Below are positions 8,392 to 18,290 of a stretch of 64,000 bases of DNA, one piece after another (positions within the stretch are counted from its first letter, which is position 1; each line of letters begins with the position of its first letter). Made by a program: the position numbers and the translations under genes. The notes beneath the pieces are model-generated. The model saw only the letters and a program-made list of their open reading frames with translations. It did no database searches and was not told where the DNA came from. Source of the stretch: Candidatus Latescibacterota bacterium (lineage in GTDB: Bacteria; Latescibacterota; UBA2968; UBA8231); NCBI GenBank assembly GCA_965203175.1, contig OZ241867.1, positions 2,176,001 to 2,240,000 on the forward strand. Direction: 5' to 3'.

Positions 8392-9771
8392 TTGACGAAT
8401 ATACCACCTTCCTCGCCAGAGGAAGTCTTGGCCGAAGGGGAAGTGCAGGAACGACGGGACGCGCTCCGGCGCATGGTTCAAGAAGCCTTTGCGGCCGAGG
8501 ATTTAGGCACCCTGCGTCTCATTCTCAACGATCATCATCCCACGGACTTGGCCGATTTGTTCCGCCATCTAGACGATGAGGAGCAACCCGTAGCATTGCA
8601 GACCTTGGCCGAGCCGCTGGCCGCTGCGGTCTTGGCTGAGATGGACGCGGATATCCTACGCGAGGTGGCTGAAGATCTGCCCGCTGACGATTTGTCGGGA
8701 TTGGTCGATGAAATGGCCCCCGACGATGCGGCCGATGTTTTGGGCGACCTGTCCGAGGAGCAGAGTGCCGAAGTCCTCGATTTGCTCGAAGGCGAGGAAG
8801 CGGGGCAGGTGCGCGATTTGTTGGCTCATCCCGAGGATACGGCTGGCGGGCTGATGACTTCGCGCTTTATCGCTGTGTCCGAGGATATGAGCGCAGCCCA
8901 GGCCACAGAGCAGGTGCGGGCTTGGGCCGAAGACGAAGACGAGGTGTTCTATCTCTATTTGACCGATCAAGAGGGGCTACTGAGTGGCTTGGTGCCGCTC
9001 AAACGGTTGTTGTTGGCCGCGTCCGACGCGCCGGTTGGCACCTTGGCCAATCGCAGTCCGATCGCGGTGCGGAGCGATATGGACCAGGAGGAGATTGCCT
9101 ATATCTTCGCCGAGTACGATTTGTTGGTATTGCCGGTGGTCGATGATGCAGGACGCTTGGTGGGCGTGGTGACTGTGGACGACATCTTCGACGTGATCGA
9201 AGAGGAGACCACCGAGGATATGTACGAGATGGCGGCCATTCCCTCGGAGGAGCGCACGGATCGCCCGGCTGTGGGCGTGGTGCGTCTGCGGTTGCCGTGG
9301 CTGTTGGTTTGCTTGGGGGGCACTTTGCTCGCGGGCGCGGTGATCGAGGGCTTTGACGATACCCTTTCCAAGGTTCTTGCCCTGTCTTTTTTCGTGCCGG
9401 CGGTCATGGCTATGGGCGGCAATACGGGCATCCAGACTGCCACGGTGACTGTGCGTAGCTTGGCTGTTGGTCAGGGGCAATGGGGTTTGGTGGGCCGCGA
9501 ATTGCGGGTGGCTTTGGGTTTGGGGAGTATTCTGGGCGTTTTGTCTTGGGGCGTGGCTAGCTGGTGGACTGGCGATGCGCTTTTGGGGGGATGTGTGGGA
9601 GCGGCGATGGGTGCGGCGGTGGTGTTGGCGGCGGTGATGGGTGCTGTGGTGCCGTTGGTGTTCCGCCGCATTGGGGTCGATCCGGCTGTGGCTTCGGGGC
9701 CGCTGATCACGACGCTTAACGATGGGTTGTCGCTGCTGCTTTATTTTGGGATTGCGGCGTTTTTCTTGTAG
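8392..9771 (+). CDS. mgtE: Magnesium transporter MgtE
   Basis: MgtE N-domain, PEDTAGGLMT, CBS pair, RLPWLL, MAMGGNTGIQT, DPAVASGPLITTLND. Confidence 0.96.
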   Translation: MTNIPPSSPEEVLAEGEVQERRDALRRMVQEAFAAEDLGTLRLILNDHHPTDLADLFRHLDDEEQPVALQTLAEPLAAAVLAEMDADILREVAEDLPADDLSGLVDEMAPDDAADVLGDLSEEQSAEVLDLLEGEEAGQVRDLLAHPEDTAGGLMTSRFIAVSEDMSAAQATEQVRAWAEDEDEVFYLYLTDQEGLLSGLVPLKRLLLAASDAPVGTLANRSPIAVRSDMDQEEIAYIFAEYDLLVLPVVDDAGRLVGVVTVDDIFDVIEEETTEDMYEMAAIPSEERTDRPAVGVVRLRLPWLLVCLGGTLLAGAVIEGFDDTLSKVLALSFFVPAVMAMGGNTGIQTATVTVRSLAVGQGQWGLVGRELRVALGLGSILGVLSWGVASWWTGDALLGGCVGAAMGAAVVLAAVMGAVVPLVFRRIGVDPAVASGPLITTLNDGLSLLLYFGIAAFFL

Positions 9772-10342
9772 GGGTGATGGGGGCATATTCTCTCGCTTAG
9801 TAGTGAGTTGATCCTGATGCGAGTTGATAGGGAACAAACCGTGCTCCGGACACTCTTGAGGACTTGCAAACGATCATCGGGGTTTTACCTGATCTTTGCG
9901 TGCGCTTAGCGCCTCACATTTTACCGGTATGATCCAACGCAATTATTGAGGACAGCGCATGTGAGCAAATCTTCACACTCCTGTGTACTGTCCAACCCAT
10001 TTCATAGAGCGAGTTCACACAAGTACATCAGAGGTGGGAACCGGTGGCCCGCAAATTGCAGTGGAACCGGCACCATGCCGAGAGGCACACTATCTGCATG
10101 CCTGCGTACCGGAAAAGGAGCCACTCACGTGCCACCTAGTGTACCCGTGCTCTATGAGCGGTCAACTCGCATTGTCTGAGGTGGTCGACCTTGCTCACCC
10201 GAGTGTTTTCCGCCGATCTGTCATCCGAGTACTGTCGAGGGACATGCAGAAGACCATCAAGGGCCTTACTGCACCTTTGCAGGCGCTCAGCGTCTTGACA
10301 GAGAATCCCAAAAGGGGCCTTATTTTACCTAATACGTTAGTT

Positions 10343-11791
10343 ATGCAACCTAGGCAGCTTTCTCTATTCCCCAAACCGCCAGCCATCATGCCAGGCACGA
10401 TCCGTGAAAAACTTATCGCGCTGCTCGCTGATGATCTCGATTTCCATTCGGCCAACAGCAATTATGCGTCGCATCAATTTCATTCATTTCCAGCCAAATA
10501 TCCGCCTCAACTGCCCCAGAAATTCATCGCCGCGTTAACCGAACCTGGGGATGCGGTGCTTGATCCTATGATGGGGTCCGGCACGACACTGGTCGAAGCA
10601 TTATTGGCAAAACGTCAGCCTATCGGTTTTGACACAGACCCCTTGGCCGTTAGGATCACGAAGGTAAAGACGACACCGCTCGATAAGCGGAAAGTCCTGG
10701 AAGCAGGTAATGCGCTTCTTAGTAAGGCGCACTTGCTGTCTCACGATCAACGTCGTTTGCTAAGAGAGGAATATCATCAAGATTGGGATGTCAATACCTC
10801 TAAGTTTGTCGAGTATTGGTTTGATAAGGAGACTCAGAACGATCTGTGCGTACTCATGAGAGAGATTCGTCGAATATCGGGTGAGTCCGACATTCAGTTG
10901 AGTCCCGCCGAAGCTCTGGTGGCATTTTTCGAGATCGTATTCTCCGCGATTATAATCACGAAGTCAGGCGGTGTTTCCTTGGCGCTCGATTTAGCCCACA
11001 CCCGACCACACCGAGCGAAGATTATATACAATATGAAAGGTGATCTTCTGTGGGGAAAAGAACAATTACATCAGCAGTGCTCCCGGCTCCAATTCATATC
11101 AAAGAAATTGCGGTCAGTATTTGACGAATTTTCCGACCGATTTCAGAGAAATGTTGCCAATCTACCACTCCCGGAGCCTGATTATCTACGACCCGTTATC
11201 GAATATGGTGATGCGCAGAGATTACCTTTATCCGACGATTGCATCGATTTGATTGTTACCTCTCCACCATATGCGTCCAATGCGATTGACTATATGCGCG
11301 CCCACAAATTTTCTCTGGTTTGGATGGGGTTTTCGGTGAATGACCTTGGCAAAAGGCGGAGCCAAACGATTGGTGGCGAATCAACCGCCGGTGTAGTTTT
11401 CGACGATTTGCCTTCTGATACCCTTAAAGTTGTAGAGGAAGTTGCCAAGCTCGATGCCAAGAAAGGGAAAGTGTTACACCGGTATTACTCTGAGATGACC
11501 CGTGTGCTACGTGAGATGCATCGTGTTCTCAGGCCCGGGAAGGCTGCAATTGTAGTAGTAGGAAGTTCAGTCATGCGTGGGCGCGATACCGAAACGGGTC
11601 ATTGTTTAGCCGACATCGGACGCGCGATAGGGTTTGATGTTCCCGCTATAGGGATCAGAAATTTGGATAGAAACCGTCGCATGCTCCCGGCTGGCGCTAC
11701 GCTCAATCAGTCTTCTCAGATTCAACAGCGTATGCATCAAGAGTATGTCATCGGATACATAAAACCCCAAAGGTTGAAATCTGATGGATGA
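10343..11791 (+). CDS. Amino-type (probably N4-cytosine) DNA methyltransferase
   Basis: FHSFPAKYPPQL, VLDPMMGSGTT (motif I) before DLIVTSPPY (motif IV), alpha-class order; start uncertain (ORF track extends to 9983). Confidence 0.85.
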   Translation: MQPRQLSLFPKPPAIMPGTIREKLIALLADDLDFHSANSNYASHQFHSFPAKYPPQLPQKFIAALTEPGDAVLDPMMGSGTTLVEALLAKRQPIGFDTDPLAVRITKVKTTPLDKRKVLEAGNALLSKAHLLSHDQRRLLREEYHQDWDVNTSKFVEYWFDKETQNDLCVLMREIRRISGESDIQLSPAEALVAFFEIVFSAIIITKSGGVSLALDLAHTRPHRAKIIYNMKGDLLWGKEQLHQQCSRLQFISKKLRSVFDEFSDRFQRNVANLPLPEPDYLRPVIEYGDAQRLPLSDDCIDLIVTSPPYASNAIDYMRAHKFSLVWMGFSVNDLGKRRSQTIGGESTAGVVFDDLPSDTLKVVEEVAKLDAKKGKVLHRYYSEMTRVLREMHRVLRPGKAAIVVVGSSVMRGRDTETGHCLADIGRAIGFDVPAIGIRNLDRNRRMLPAGATLNQSSQIQQRMHQEYVIGYIKPQRLKSDG

Positions 11792-12638
11792 AATCGTAAA
11801 ACTACGTGAGCAATTTCAACGAGCAGTCTGTCTAGAGGTGATATTTTTGAAGGATTCGAAGGATGGTCAAGCACCTAGCATTGCCGATATCGATAGCAAT
11901 CTTAGCCGCTCATTGGCACGTAGTATTACTAATGCATTAGGTTACCCCGTTAGCACTGACAAAATCAAACCTCAGACTGCTGGCCGTAATTTCGAAACAG
12001 CCGTCAGAGATTATGTTCAATCGGCTATGAGGGTCCTTGCCCATCTGCGTCCGGCCGACTGGATCTATTCTGTCCATAGCGATATATCGGAATTTTTCCA
12101 ATATCGGCATTTAGCCACGCTGAAGGAATTGGTCGAAAAAAATAAGGACGTTTATACAGCGTTGGGTGATTATGTAGTCAAACCGGATGTTCTTGTCGCG
12201 CGTAGGCCTGTTACGGATGAGACGATTAACCAATATGACGAGGTTGTAAATCAGAAAGATATAGCGTACTTAACGCCATTACGTCAGACGAATCATCAGA
12301 TTCCTACTCCGATATTGCATGCTAGTATTTCATGTAAGTTGACAATCCGCAGTGATCGGTCACAGAATGCTCGTACGGAAGGCTTAAACTTGATCCGGAA
12401 CCGCAAAGGGAACACCCCCCATATCGTTGTGGTGACAGCCGAACCGATGCCGACACGGATTACATCTCTGGCATTAGGGACTGGTGATATTGACTGTGTC
12501 TACCATTTTGGCCTTAATGAACTTATGCAGGCCGCTAAGGACAGTAAAAACGAAGCTGTGCAAGACTCTTTGGATACAATGGTGGAAGGTGATCGCCTGC
12601 GCGATATAGCCGATTTACCTTTCGATCTGGTCGTTTAG
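11784..12638 (+). CDS. NgoMIV-family type II restriction endonuclease
   Basis: QTAG.NFE, KPDVLV.R, LHASISCKLTIRSDRSQNAR.EGLNLIRNRKG.TPHIVVVTAEP.P.RI.SLALGTGDIDCVYHF, RLRDIADLPFDL. Confidence 0.92.
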   Translation: MDEIVKLREQFQRAVCLEVIFLKDSKDGQAPSIADIDSNLSRSLARSITNALGYPVSTDKIKPQTAGRNFETAVRDYVQSAMRVLAHLRPADWIYSVHSDISEFFQYRHLATLKELVEKNKDVYTALGDYVVKPDVLVARRPVTDETINQYDEVVNQKDIAYLTPLRQTNHQIPTPILHASISCKLTIRSDRSQNARTEGLNLIRNRKGNTPHIVVVTAEPMPTRITSLALGTGDIDCVYHFGLNELMQAAKDSKNEAVQDSLDTMVEGDRLRDIADLPFDLVV

Positions 12639-12640
12639 GC

Positions 12641-12787
12641 TGGCGGCGGTGATGGGCGCTGTGGTGCCGTTGGTTTTCCGCCGCCTCGCGATTGATCCGG
12701 CCGTGGTTTCGGGGCCGCTGATCACGACGCTCAATGATGGTTTGTCCCCGCTGCCCTATTTGAGGATCGCCACGTTTTTCTTATAGG
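12641..12787 (+). pseudogene. Diverged duplicate of mgtE 3' end
   Basis: Aligns to 9626..9772 (AAVMGAVVPLVFRR..IDPAVVSGPLITTLNDGLS...FL*), starting 2 nt after the REase stop. Confidence 0.9.
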
Positions 12788-12810
12788 TTCAGCGTGGAGG
12801 ACACGTACCA

Positions 12811-12981
12811 ATGAACAAAAATTATACTGGCAAAATGCGCGACCGAACGAATCTGAAGAGGCTGGATAGCCTCACCGACGAAGAGATTGAACAGGCGGCT
12901 CGGTCCGATGCCGATACCTTGCTGTTGGAAGAGTGCGATATGGCGTCGCTAGAAGTCCAACAACGCCAAAAAGAGGTCTGA
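12811..12981 (+). CDS. Short BrnA-antitoxin-like protein (N-terminal half only; possibly truncated)
   Basis: GGAGG RBS; MNKNYTGKMRDRTNLKRLDSLTDEEIEQAARSDADTLLLEE... resembles the TDW.RLDAMTDEEI...A.SDPD N-terminus of BrnA-type proteins; no RHH C-terminus; 56 aa. Confidence 0.5.
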   Translation: MNKNYTGKMRDRTNLKRLDSLTDEEIEQAARSDADTLLLEECDMASLEVQQRQKEV

Positions 12982-13019
12982 GTATCAAGGCTGGGGCGCG
13001 TATTCCCCCGCTTGTCTGA

Positions 13020-13304
13020 CTACGCCACTGTCGATATCCGCTCGACCTTGATTTGGTCAGCCTGTTTCATCGCTTGGGCTAAGTCATAGGCCGCTTGCAA
13101 TCGGTGCCACATGCTCGCTCCGCCGCCGAATGCCTTGTCGAGGCGGATCGCCATCTGCGGCGAGATCCCCGAATGACCATTAACGACATCGGATAGCTGC
13201 TTCCGGCTGACTCCAAGTTTCTTTGCCGCTTCCTTCACGGTTAGCCCCAATGGCTCTAGGCAATCGTGACGAATGGATAGTCCCGGATGGGGTGGGTTCT
13301 TCAT
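13020..13304 (-). CDS. higA: HigA family addiction-module antidote (HTH-XRE)
   Basis: [50 protein letters not shown]...W.RLQ.AYDLAQA; no intact higB upstream. Confidence 0.9.
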   Translation of the reverse strand: MKNPPHPGLSIRHDCLEPLGLTVKEAAKKLGVSRKQLSDVVNGHSGISPQMAIRLDKAFGGGASMWHRLQAAYDLAQAMKQADQIKVERISTVA

Positions 13305-13423
13305 CTGGAGATCGTTGTGTCGAAAGCGGCCAATCATTCTTGAAATGTAACCTGTCACTTCCCAGTTTGCCATTCTTCTTGGGCTGCCGGCCCTGCCCCG
13401 GAGGTGGTGCTAGTGATTGATAA

Positions 13424-13542
13424 TTTTCACTTAAATCAGGATTTTCGCTGTTTGATGAAATCTACTGAAACAGTGAAATTATTGACTTTTTCACTAAAAA
13501 AGCTATTTTCAACGAATGATGCAATCCGTTGAAACAGTGAAA
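13424..13542 (+). promoter_or_regulatory. Tandemly duplicated 55-bp operator/promoter upstream of AbiEi-like gene
   Basis: Units 13424-13478 and 13488-13542 (period 64), each TTTTCACT...ATTTTC...TGATG.AATC...TGAAACAGTGAAA with inverted ends; TTGACT-N16-TATTTT overlaps unit 2. Confidence 0.7.
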
Positions 13543-14583
13543 AAGCTAGATATCATGGCAGTAGATGCTGTCCGCGACCTGCTCGGCCATGTGCCGAACT
13601 TGGAGATCGGTTCAGGCGGACGCGACTACCCAATCGATTTACGGATCGCTTTGAGCCGTGGCGGCGTCAATTACGCACTCATCATCACGGTGAAAGCGAA
13701 TGGGGCACCGCGCTTTGTCCGTTCTGAGGTTTATCAGCTTAGAGACTACGTGGCGCATGTGGATACTGACCAGCGTTTGATCCCGATGCTTGTCAGCCCC
13801 TATCTGTCTCCAGAGTCGCGGGCGATCTGCACCGATCACAATGTCGCGTATCTCGATCTTTTTGGGAACGCCCATCTCGCTTTCGATGGTGTCTATATTG
13901 ATCGAGCCGTCGCCGATAAGCCGAAAGCCGAAAGCCGCGCGCTGCGGTCGATCTTCACCCCGAAGGCGGCCGCTATTTTGCGCGTTATGCTGCGCGAGTC
14001 AGATCGCGCATGGCACGTCACTGACTTGGCCGAAAAAGCCAATGCGAGCCTTGGTCATGTGAGCAATGTTCGCAAAGCTCTGCTCGAACGGGAATGGATC
14101 GAAAAACAGGCTAACGGCGTCGTCCTCGTCCAGCCGGATGCGCTCTTAAAAACGTGGCGTGAGAACTATCGCCGTCCATCCGGCCATCGCATCACCGGAT
14201 ATACGCATCTCCACGGCAAGCAGCTCGACGAGCGATTGTCGGGAGCACTTAATCCACAGCGCCCGCGCGCGATTTACTCGTTGCATTCCGCTGCCCAGTG
14301 GTTCGCGCCCTTTGGCCGGGACGGCACACATATTTTCTATGCTGATGAATCTGGTGCTCAATTTTTGCAAGAAGCGTTGAAACTAACACCTGTCCCAAAA
14401 GGAGCGAATGTCGTCCTGCACATCCCCAATGATGAGAGTCTGTTCGACGATGCTATTGAGCCAGCACCAGGCATATTCTGTACCAGTCCGATCATCACGT
14501 ATCTCGATCTATGGAACGGCAATGACCGCGACCGTGAAGCTGCCGAATATGTAGCCAGAGAGTTCTTCCCATGGCTAGAATAG
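13516..14583 (+). CDS. Type IV TA AbiEi-family antitoxin / MarR-HTH regulator (DUF2186-like)
   Basis: KANGAPRFVR, LVSPYLSPESR.IC....YLDLFGNA.L, FTPKAA.ILR.ML, DLAEKANASLGHVSNVRK.L, PDALL..WR, SPIITYLDL...DRDREAAE. Confidence 0.8.
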   Translation: MMQSVETVKKLDIMAVDAVRDLLGHVPNLEIGSGGRDYPIDLRIALSRGGVNYALIITVKANGAPRFVRSEVYQLRDYVAHVDTDQRLIPMLVSPYLSPESRAICTDHNVAYLDLFGNAHLAFDGVYIDRAVADKPKAESRALRSIFTPKAAAILRVMLRESDRAWHVTDLAEKANASLGHVSNVRKALLEREWIEKQANGVVLVQPDALLKTWRENYRRPSGHRITGYTHLHGKQLDERLSGALNPQRPRAIYSLHSAAQWFAPFGRDGTHIFYADESGAQFLQEALKLTPVPKGANVVLHIPNDESLFDDAIEPAPGIFCTSPIITYLDLWNGNDRDREAAEYVAREFFPWLE

Positions 14584-14685
14584 GACCGCGATCCGCCAAT
14601 GCTTAGCTTGTAGAGCTTGGTTGAGAAATCCATGACACGGGTTGTAGGTCGTTTGCAATAGGTATCTCAGAGTAAATAAATCACA

Positions 14686-15369
14686 GTGAAACTAATCGTC
14701 ACCAACGACGACGGCATTGAAGCAGAGGGCCTGCAGACCTTGGTCCGTCTGGCGTCGCGGTGGGGTGAGGTCGTCGTTGTCGCGCCGGCCGAGGCTCAGT
14801 CCGGCATTGGACATCAGTTGACAACCGATAGACCCATTCGCGTGGATAAACTGGTGGAAGAACGCTACAGGATATGGGGCACGCCGGCCGACTGTTCCCG
14901 TCTGGCGCTCAACTGTCTAGCGTCCGACGGGGACTGGGTGCTCTCCGGGATCAATCACGGAGGCAATCTCGGGGTGGATGTGTACGAATCCGGCACGGTA
15001 GCCGCCGCCAGAGAGGCTGCTATTCACGGTTGTAAGGCCGTCGCCCTGTCTCACTATACCGTAAAGGGACGGTCGGTCGACTGGCCGCTGGCCGCCGAAC
15101 GGCTGCGTCCGGTTTTGGACGACGTGCTGAACGGGACGCTGGATGCCGGATATTTTATGAACGTGAACCTGCCTCATCCTGAACACGACCGGACGTGTTT
15201 GGAAACCAAACATGCCCCGGTGGATACGAGCCCCCACAGAACCACATTCTCGCAGACCGGCGATGGCTTTCTATACACTGGAATCTATCAGGAGCGCTGG
15301 CGGCAACCCGGCAGTGACGTGGATCTCTGTTTCAATGGTCATATTTCGCTGTCGAAAATCGCCGTTTGA
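14686..15369 (+). CDS. surE: 5'/3'-nucleotidase SurE
   Basis: LIVTNDDGI.AEGL, VVAP..AQSGIG, GTPADC, VLSGINHGGNLGVDVY.SGTVAAAREA, NVNLP. Confidence 0.93.
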   Translation: MKLIVTNDDGIEAEGLQTLVRLASRWGEVVVVAPAEAQSGIGHQLTTDRPIRVDKLVEERYRIWGTPADCSRLALNCLASDGDWVLSGINHGGNLGVDVYESGTVAAAREAAIHGCKAVALSHYTVKGRSVDWPLAAERLRPVLDDVLNGTLDAGYFMNVNLPHPEHDRTCLETKHAPVDTSPHRTTFSQTGDGFLYTGIYQERWRQPGSDVDLCFNGHISLSKIAV

Positions 15370-15411
15370 ATGGGTTGCACTTTAATCGACAAAATACGAC
15401 GGAGCAGATCG

Positions 15412-16584
15412 ATGAAGATAGCTGACGTTAGAGCATTCCCGCTGCGGATCGGTAAGTCGGAAGAGGCGTCGCAAGCGCCGACGGTCGATGGCGGCGATTA
15501 TCACGTGGATCATTCGCGGTCTATCACGATCTACTCGCCCCATCACGAGACCACCGTTATCAGGATTGAGACGGATAACGGGATCGTCGGGTGGGGCGAA
15601 GCGCAGTCGCCAGTGTCGCCGAATACCACCGCGACGATCGTGCGCGAATTGGTGCGGCCGTTGGTGATGGGGCGCGATCCATTCGACATTGAGGCGATTT
15701 GGACGTGCAACTACGATGCGATGCGGGAGCGCGGCCACCTGACGGGGTTCTACATCGATGCTCTCGCCGGGACGGACGTCGCGTTGTGGGATATCGTGGG
15801 AAAGGCTATTGGGAAGCCGGTGCACAAGATTGCGGGTGGGCGGTATCGCGATGAGATCTTGCTCTACGCAGGGATCGGTGGCACGGACCCAGTGAAGGTT
15901 GCGGATGCGGCTGAGGAACATGTGGGCTTAGGGTACCAGGCGTTGAAGTTGCACTTGCTGTTGGATGTGGCAGGCGTCGCGGAGATTTGCCGCGCCGTGC
16001 GGCAGCGCGTCGGGCCGGACATTATGCTGATGGTCGATACGCACATGCGGCAAACGGTCGCAAGCTCGATCATGCTGGGGCGCGAACTGGAGAAGCTAAG
16101 TTTTACTTGGCTGGAGGCACCGATCATACCGGACGATATCCCGGGTCAGGCTGAGATAACCCGGGCGTTGGATATGGCGGTGGCGATAGGGGAGTGGACG
16201 CGCACTCGCTACGAGATGCGCGAGCAGTTCGAGCGCCGGGCGTACGACATCTTGATGCACGACATCGCACGGACGGGGATTACCGAGGGGCATCGGATTG
16301 CGACGCTGGCCGACACCTACAACATCCCCGTCGCGCCGCACATCGGAGGTGGTGGGATCTTGGCGGTGGCGGCGACCGTCGAGTGGTCGGCGTCGTGTCC
16401 GAACTTCATGATCATGGAGCACGCCCATCACGCCAACGCGATGAAGAGTCAGATACTCAAGGAGCCGTATGAACCCGAAAACGGCTATTATAAGGTTACG
16501 GATCGGCCGGGGTTAGGTGTTGAGGTGGATGAGGCGGCGTTGGAGACGTACGCGTTTCCGGGGGTTGAACCACCCGGCGATTGA
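15412..16584 (+). CDS. Mandelate racemase/muconate lactonizing enzyme family protein
   Basis: IETDNGIVGWGE, DVALWDIVGKA.GKPV, LMVD.H, WLEAP, AIGE, RPGLGVEVD. Confidence 0.92.
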   Translation: MKIADVRAFPLRIGKSEEASQAPTVDGGDYHVDHSRSITIYSPHHETTVIRIETDNGIVGWGEAQSPVSPNTTATIVRELVRPLVMGRDPFDIEAIWTCNYDAMRERGHLTGFYIDALAGTDVALWDIVGKAIGKPVHKIAGGRYRDEILLYAGIGGTDPVKVADAAEEHVGLGYQALKLHLLLDVAGVAEICRAVRQRVGPDIMLMVDTHMRQTVASSIMLGRELEKLSFTWLEAPIIPDDIPGQAEITRALDMAVAIGEWTRTRYEMREQFERRAYDILMHDIARTGITEGHRIATLADTYNIPVAPHIGGGGILAVAATVEWSASCPNFMIMEHAHHANAMKSQILKEPYEPENGYYKVTDRPGLGVEVDEAALETYAFPGVEPPGD

Positions 16585-16600
16585 GCAAAGGAGCAATGCC

Positions 16601-17503
16601 ATGCGTTTGCAGGGCAAGGTGGCCCTGATCACTGGGGCCGGCAGCAATATTGGACGGGCCATGGCCCGGTTGTTTGCCCGCGAGGGAGCGGCGGTGGTGG
16701 TTGGCGATACGGACGAGATCGGCGGCGGCGAAACCGTGCGGCTCATTGAAGCGGCCGGGGGTCGGGCCTGTTCGGTCGCTGGCGATGTCAGCACGACGCA
16801 GGGCCTGCGTCAGAGCATCGACGGAGCGGTGGAGACGTATGGGCGGCTCGATATCTTCTTGAGCAATGCCAATTCCGGGGCCTCAGGCACCATTGCCCAG
16901 TTCGACAGGGCCGGGGCCGAAAAGCTGTTGATGGTCAACCTCATGGCGCTGATGGAAGGGGCCCACTACTGCCTGCCTCACATGCAGCAGGCCGGTGGCG
17001 GTGCGATTGTCGCTACCTCCTCGGTGCAGGCTCTGGTGGGCGTGCCTGGGCATCCGGCCTACGGGGCGGCCAAGGCGGGTATTTTGGGGGCGGTGCGCAG
17101 TATGGCGGTGGAATTGTGGCCCTACAAGGTGCGGGTCAACGCCGTGTGTCCGGGTGGTACTGAGGGCAAGACCTGGACCGTGATCGACGAATTGGGCGAA
17201 GAGTATTTGCCCGAATTCGAGGCGCGCTTTGGCAGGGAGATGCGCCATTTGCCCCTGCCCGTGCCCACGGACCCAATGGCCATTGCCCAGGCCGCGCTGT
17301 TTTTGGCCTCGGATGAAGCCAGTTATATCACCGGCCAGCATCTATCGGTCGACGCGGGCTTGGGCATGTTGCGCTACAGTGTCTTCCACGGACCGGAGCC
17401 GCTCGACACGCCGCAGGCCAGAAGCCAGCGGCACAGCGAGTTGCAAGCCGAATTCGAAGCGTGGTTGGCCGCGAAGAAGGAAGAGCGGGCGAGAGAGCCA
17501 TAA
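16601..17503 (+). CDS. Short-chain dehydrogenase/reductase
   Basis: LQGKVALITGAGSNIG, SSVQ, YGAAK, VRVNAVCPG, LFLASDEASYITG; AAGGAG RBS before ATG 16601. Confidence 0.92.
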   Translation: MRLQGKVALITGAGSNIGRAMARLFAREGAAVVVGDTDEIGGGETVRLIEAAGGRACSVAGDVSTTQGLRQSIDGAVETYGRLDIFLSNANSGASGTIAQFDRAGAEKLLMVNLMALMEGAHYCLPHMQQAGGGAIVATSSVQALVGVPGHPAYGAAKAGILGAVRSMAVELWPYKVRVNAVCPGGTEGKTWTVIDELGEEYLPEFEARFGREMRHLPLPVPTDPMAIAQAALFLASDEASYITGQHLSVDAGLGMLRYSVFHGPEPLDTPQARSQRHSELQAEFEAWLAAKKEERAREP

Positions 17504-17561
17504 GTCGCCCTAGTACTCAATGTGAGTGTGTTAGCGCTCCTGCTTGTCGGCGGTCAGTGCC

Positions 17562-18278
17562 TCAGCCGTTGGGAACCCCGCCGAGATAAATCACCTGCCC
17601 GGTGACCGCTTCGCTTTCCCGCCGCAAGAAGAAGTCCAGCACGTTTGCGACATCGGTAAAGGTCCCTAGCCGCCTGACGACCATGGGGTCGATAAGTTGC
17701 TCGATTTTGTCTTTTGGCACCCCTCGGATCATGTCGGTCTCGATCGGGGACGGGCCAATCACGTTCACGGTGATTCCGTACTCCGCTAGTTCTCTAGCCA
17801 TGACCTGCGAAAGGCTTTCCACCGACGCCTTTGACGCGGCGTACGCCGATTGACCGGCCAGCCGCATGGGAACCGCCAGTGAGCTGAAGTTGACGATGCG
17901 CCCGTACTGGCGTTTTCGCATCAGCTTCGCTGCTTCGCGGCTGACTAGAAATGTGCCCACGACGTTGGCGCTCAGCATCTTTTCGATGGAAGCCGCTGGC
18001 GTCAGCAAGAAGTGGTTCATCGAGGCGACTGCCGCGTTGTTGATTGCAGCGTCTAGCCGGCCGTAGCGCCGTTTGATCTCGCGAAACAGGGATTTGACCT
18101 GCGGTTCGTCGGAGACGTCGGCCTGCAGGTGCAGGAATCCCTCTGCCTCCCAGCCCGCGTCGCCACGGCTGCAGCCGACCACTTGGTAGCCGCAGCCGAG
18201 CAGATGCTCGACCAAGGCCCTGCCGATTCCCTTGCTGGCTCCAGTCACTAGCGCCACTGGGTTCGATTCGCCGTTCAT
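17562..18278 (-). CDS. SDR / 3-oxoacyl-ACP reductase-like (CmlJ-like position)
   Basis: VALVTGASKGIG, NNAA, YGRIVNFSS, YAASK; last gene of the ligase-halogenase-ACP operon. Confidence 0.88.
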   Translation of the reverse strand: MNGESNPVALVTGASKGIGRALVEHLLGCGYQVVGCSRGDAGWEAEGFLHLQADVSDEPQVKSLFREIKRRYGRLDAAINNAAVASMNHFLLTPAASIEKMLSANVVGTFLVSREAAKLMRKRQYGRIVNFSSLAVPMRLAGQSAYAASKASVESLSQVMARELAEYGITVNVIGPSPIETDMIRGVPKDKIEQLIDPMVVRRLGTFTDVANVLDFFLRRESEAVTGQVIYLGGVPNG

Positions 18279-18290
18279 GGGATGGCCTGC

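Noticed and set aside
8977-9837. 286-aa minus-strand ORF
   Set aside because: Antisense to mgtE with low-complexity His/Arg/Gln composition typical of shadow ORFs.
9983-10342. 120-aa N-terminal extension of the methyltransferase
   Set aside because: No recognisable domain or RBS; MTase-like sequence begins only after about 10343.
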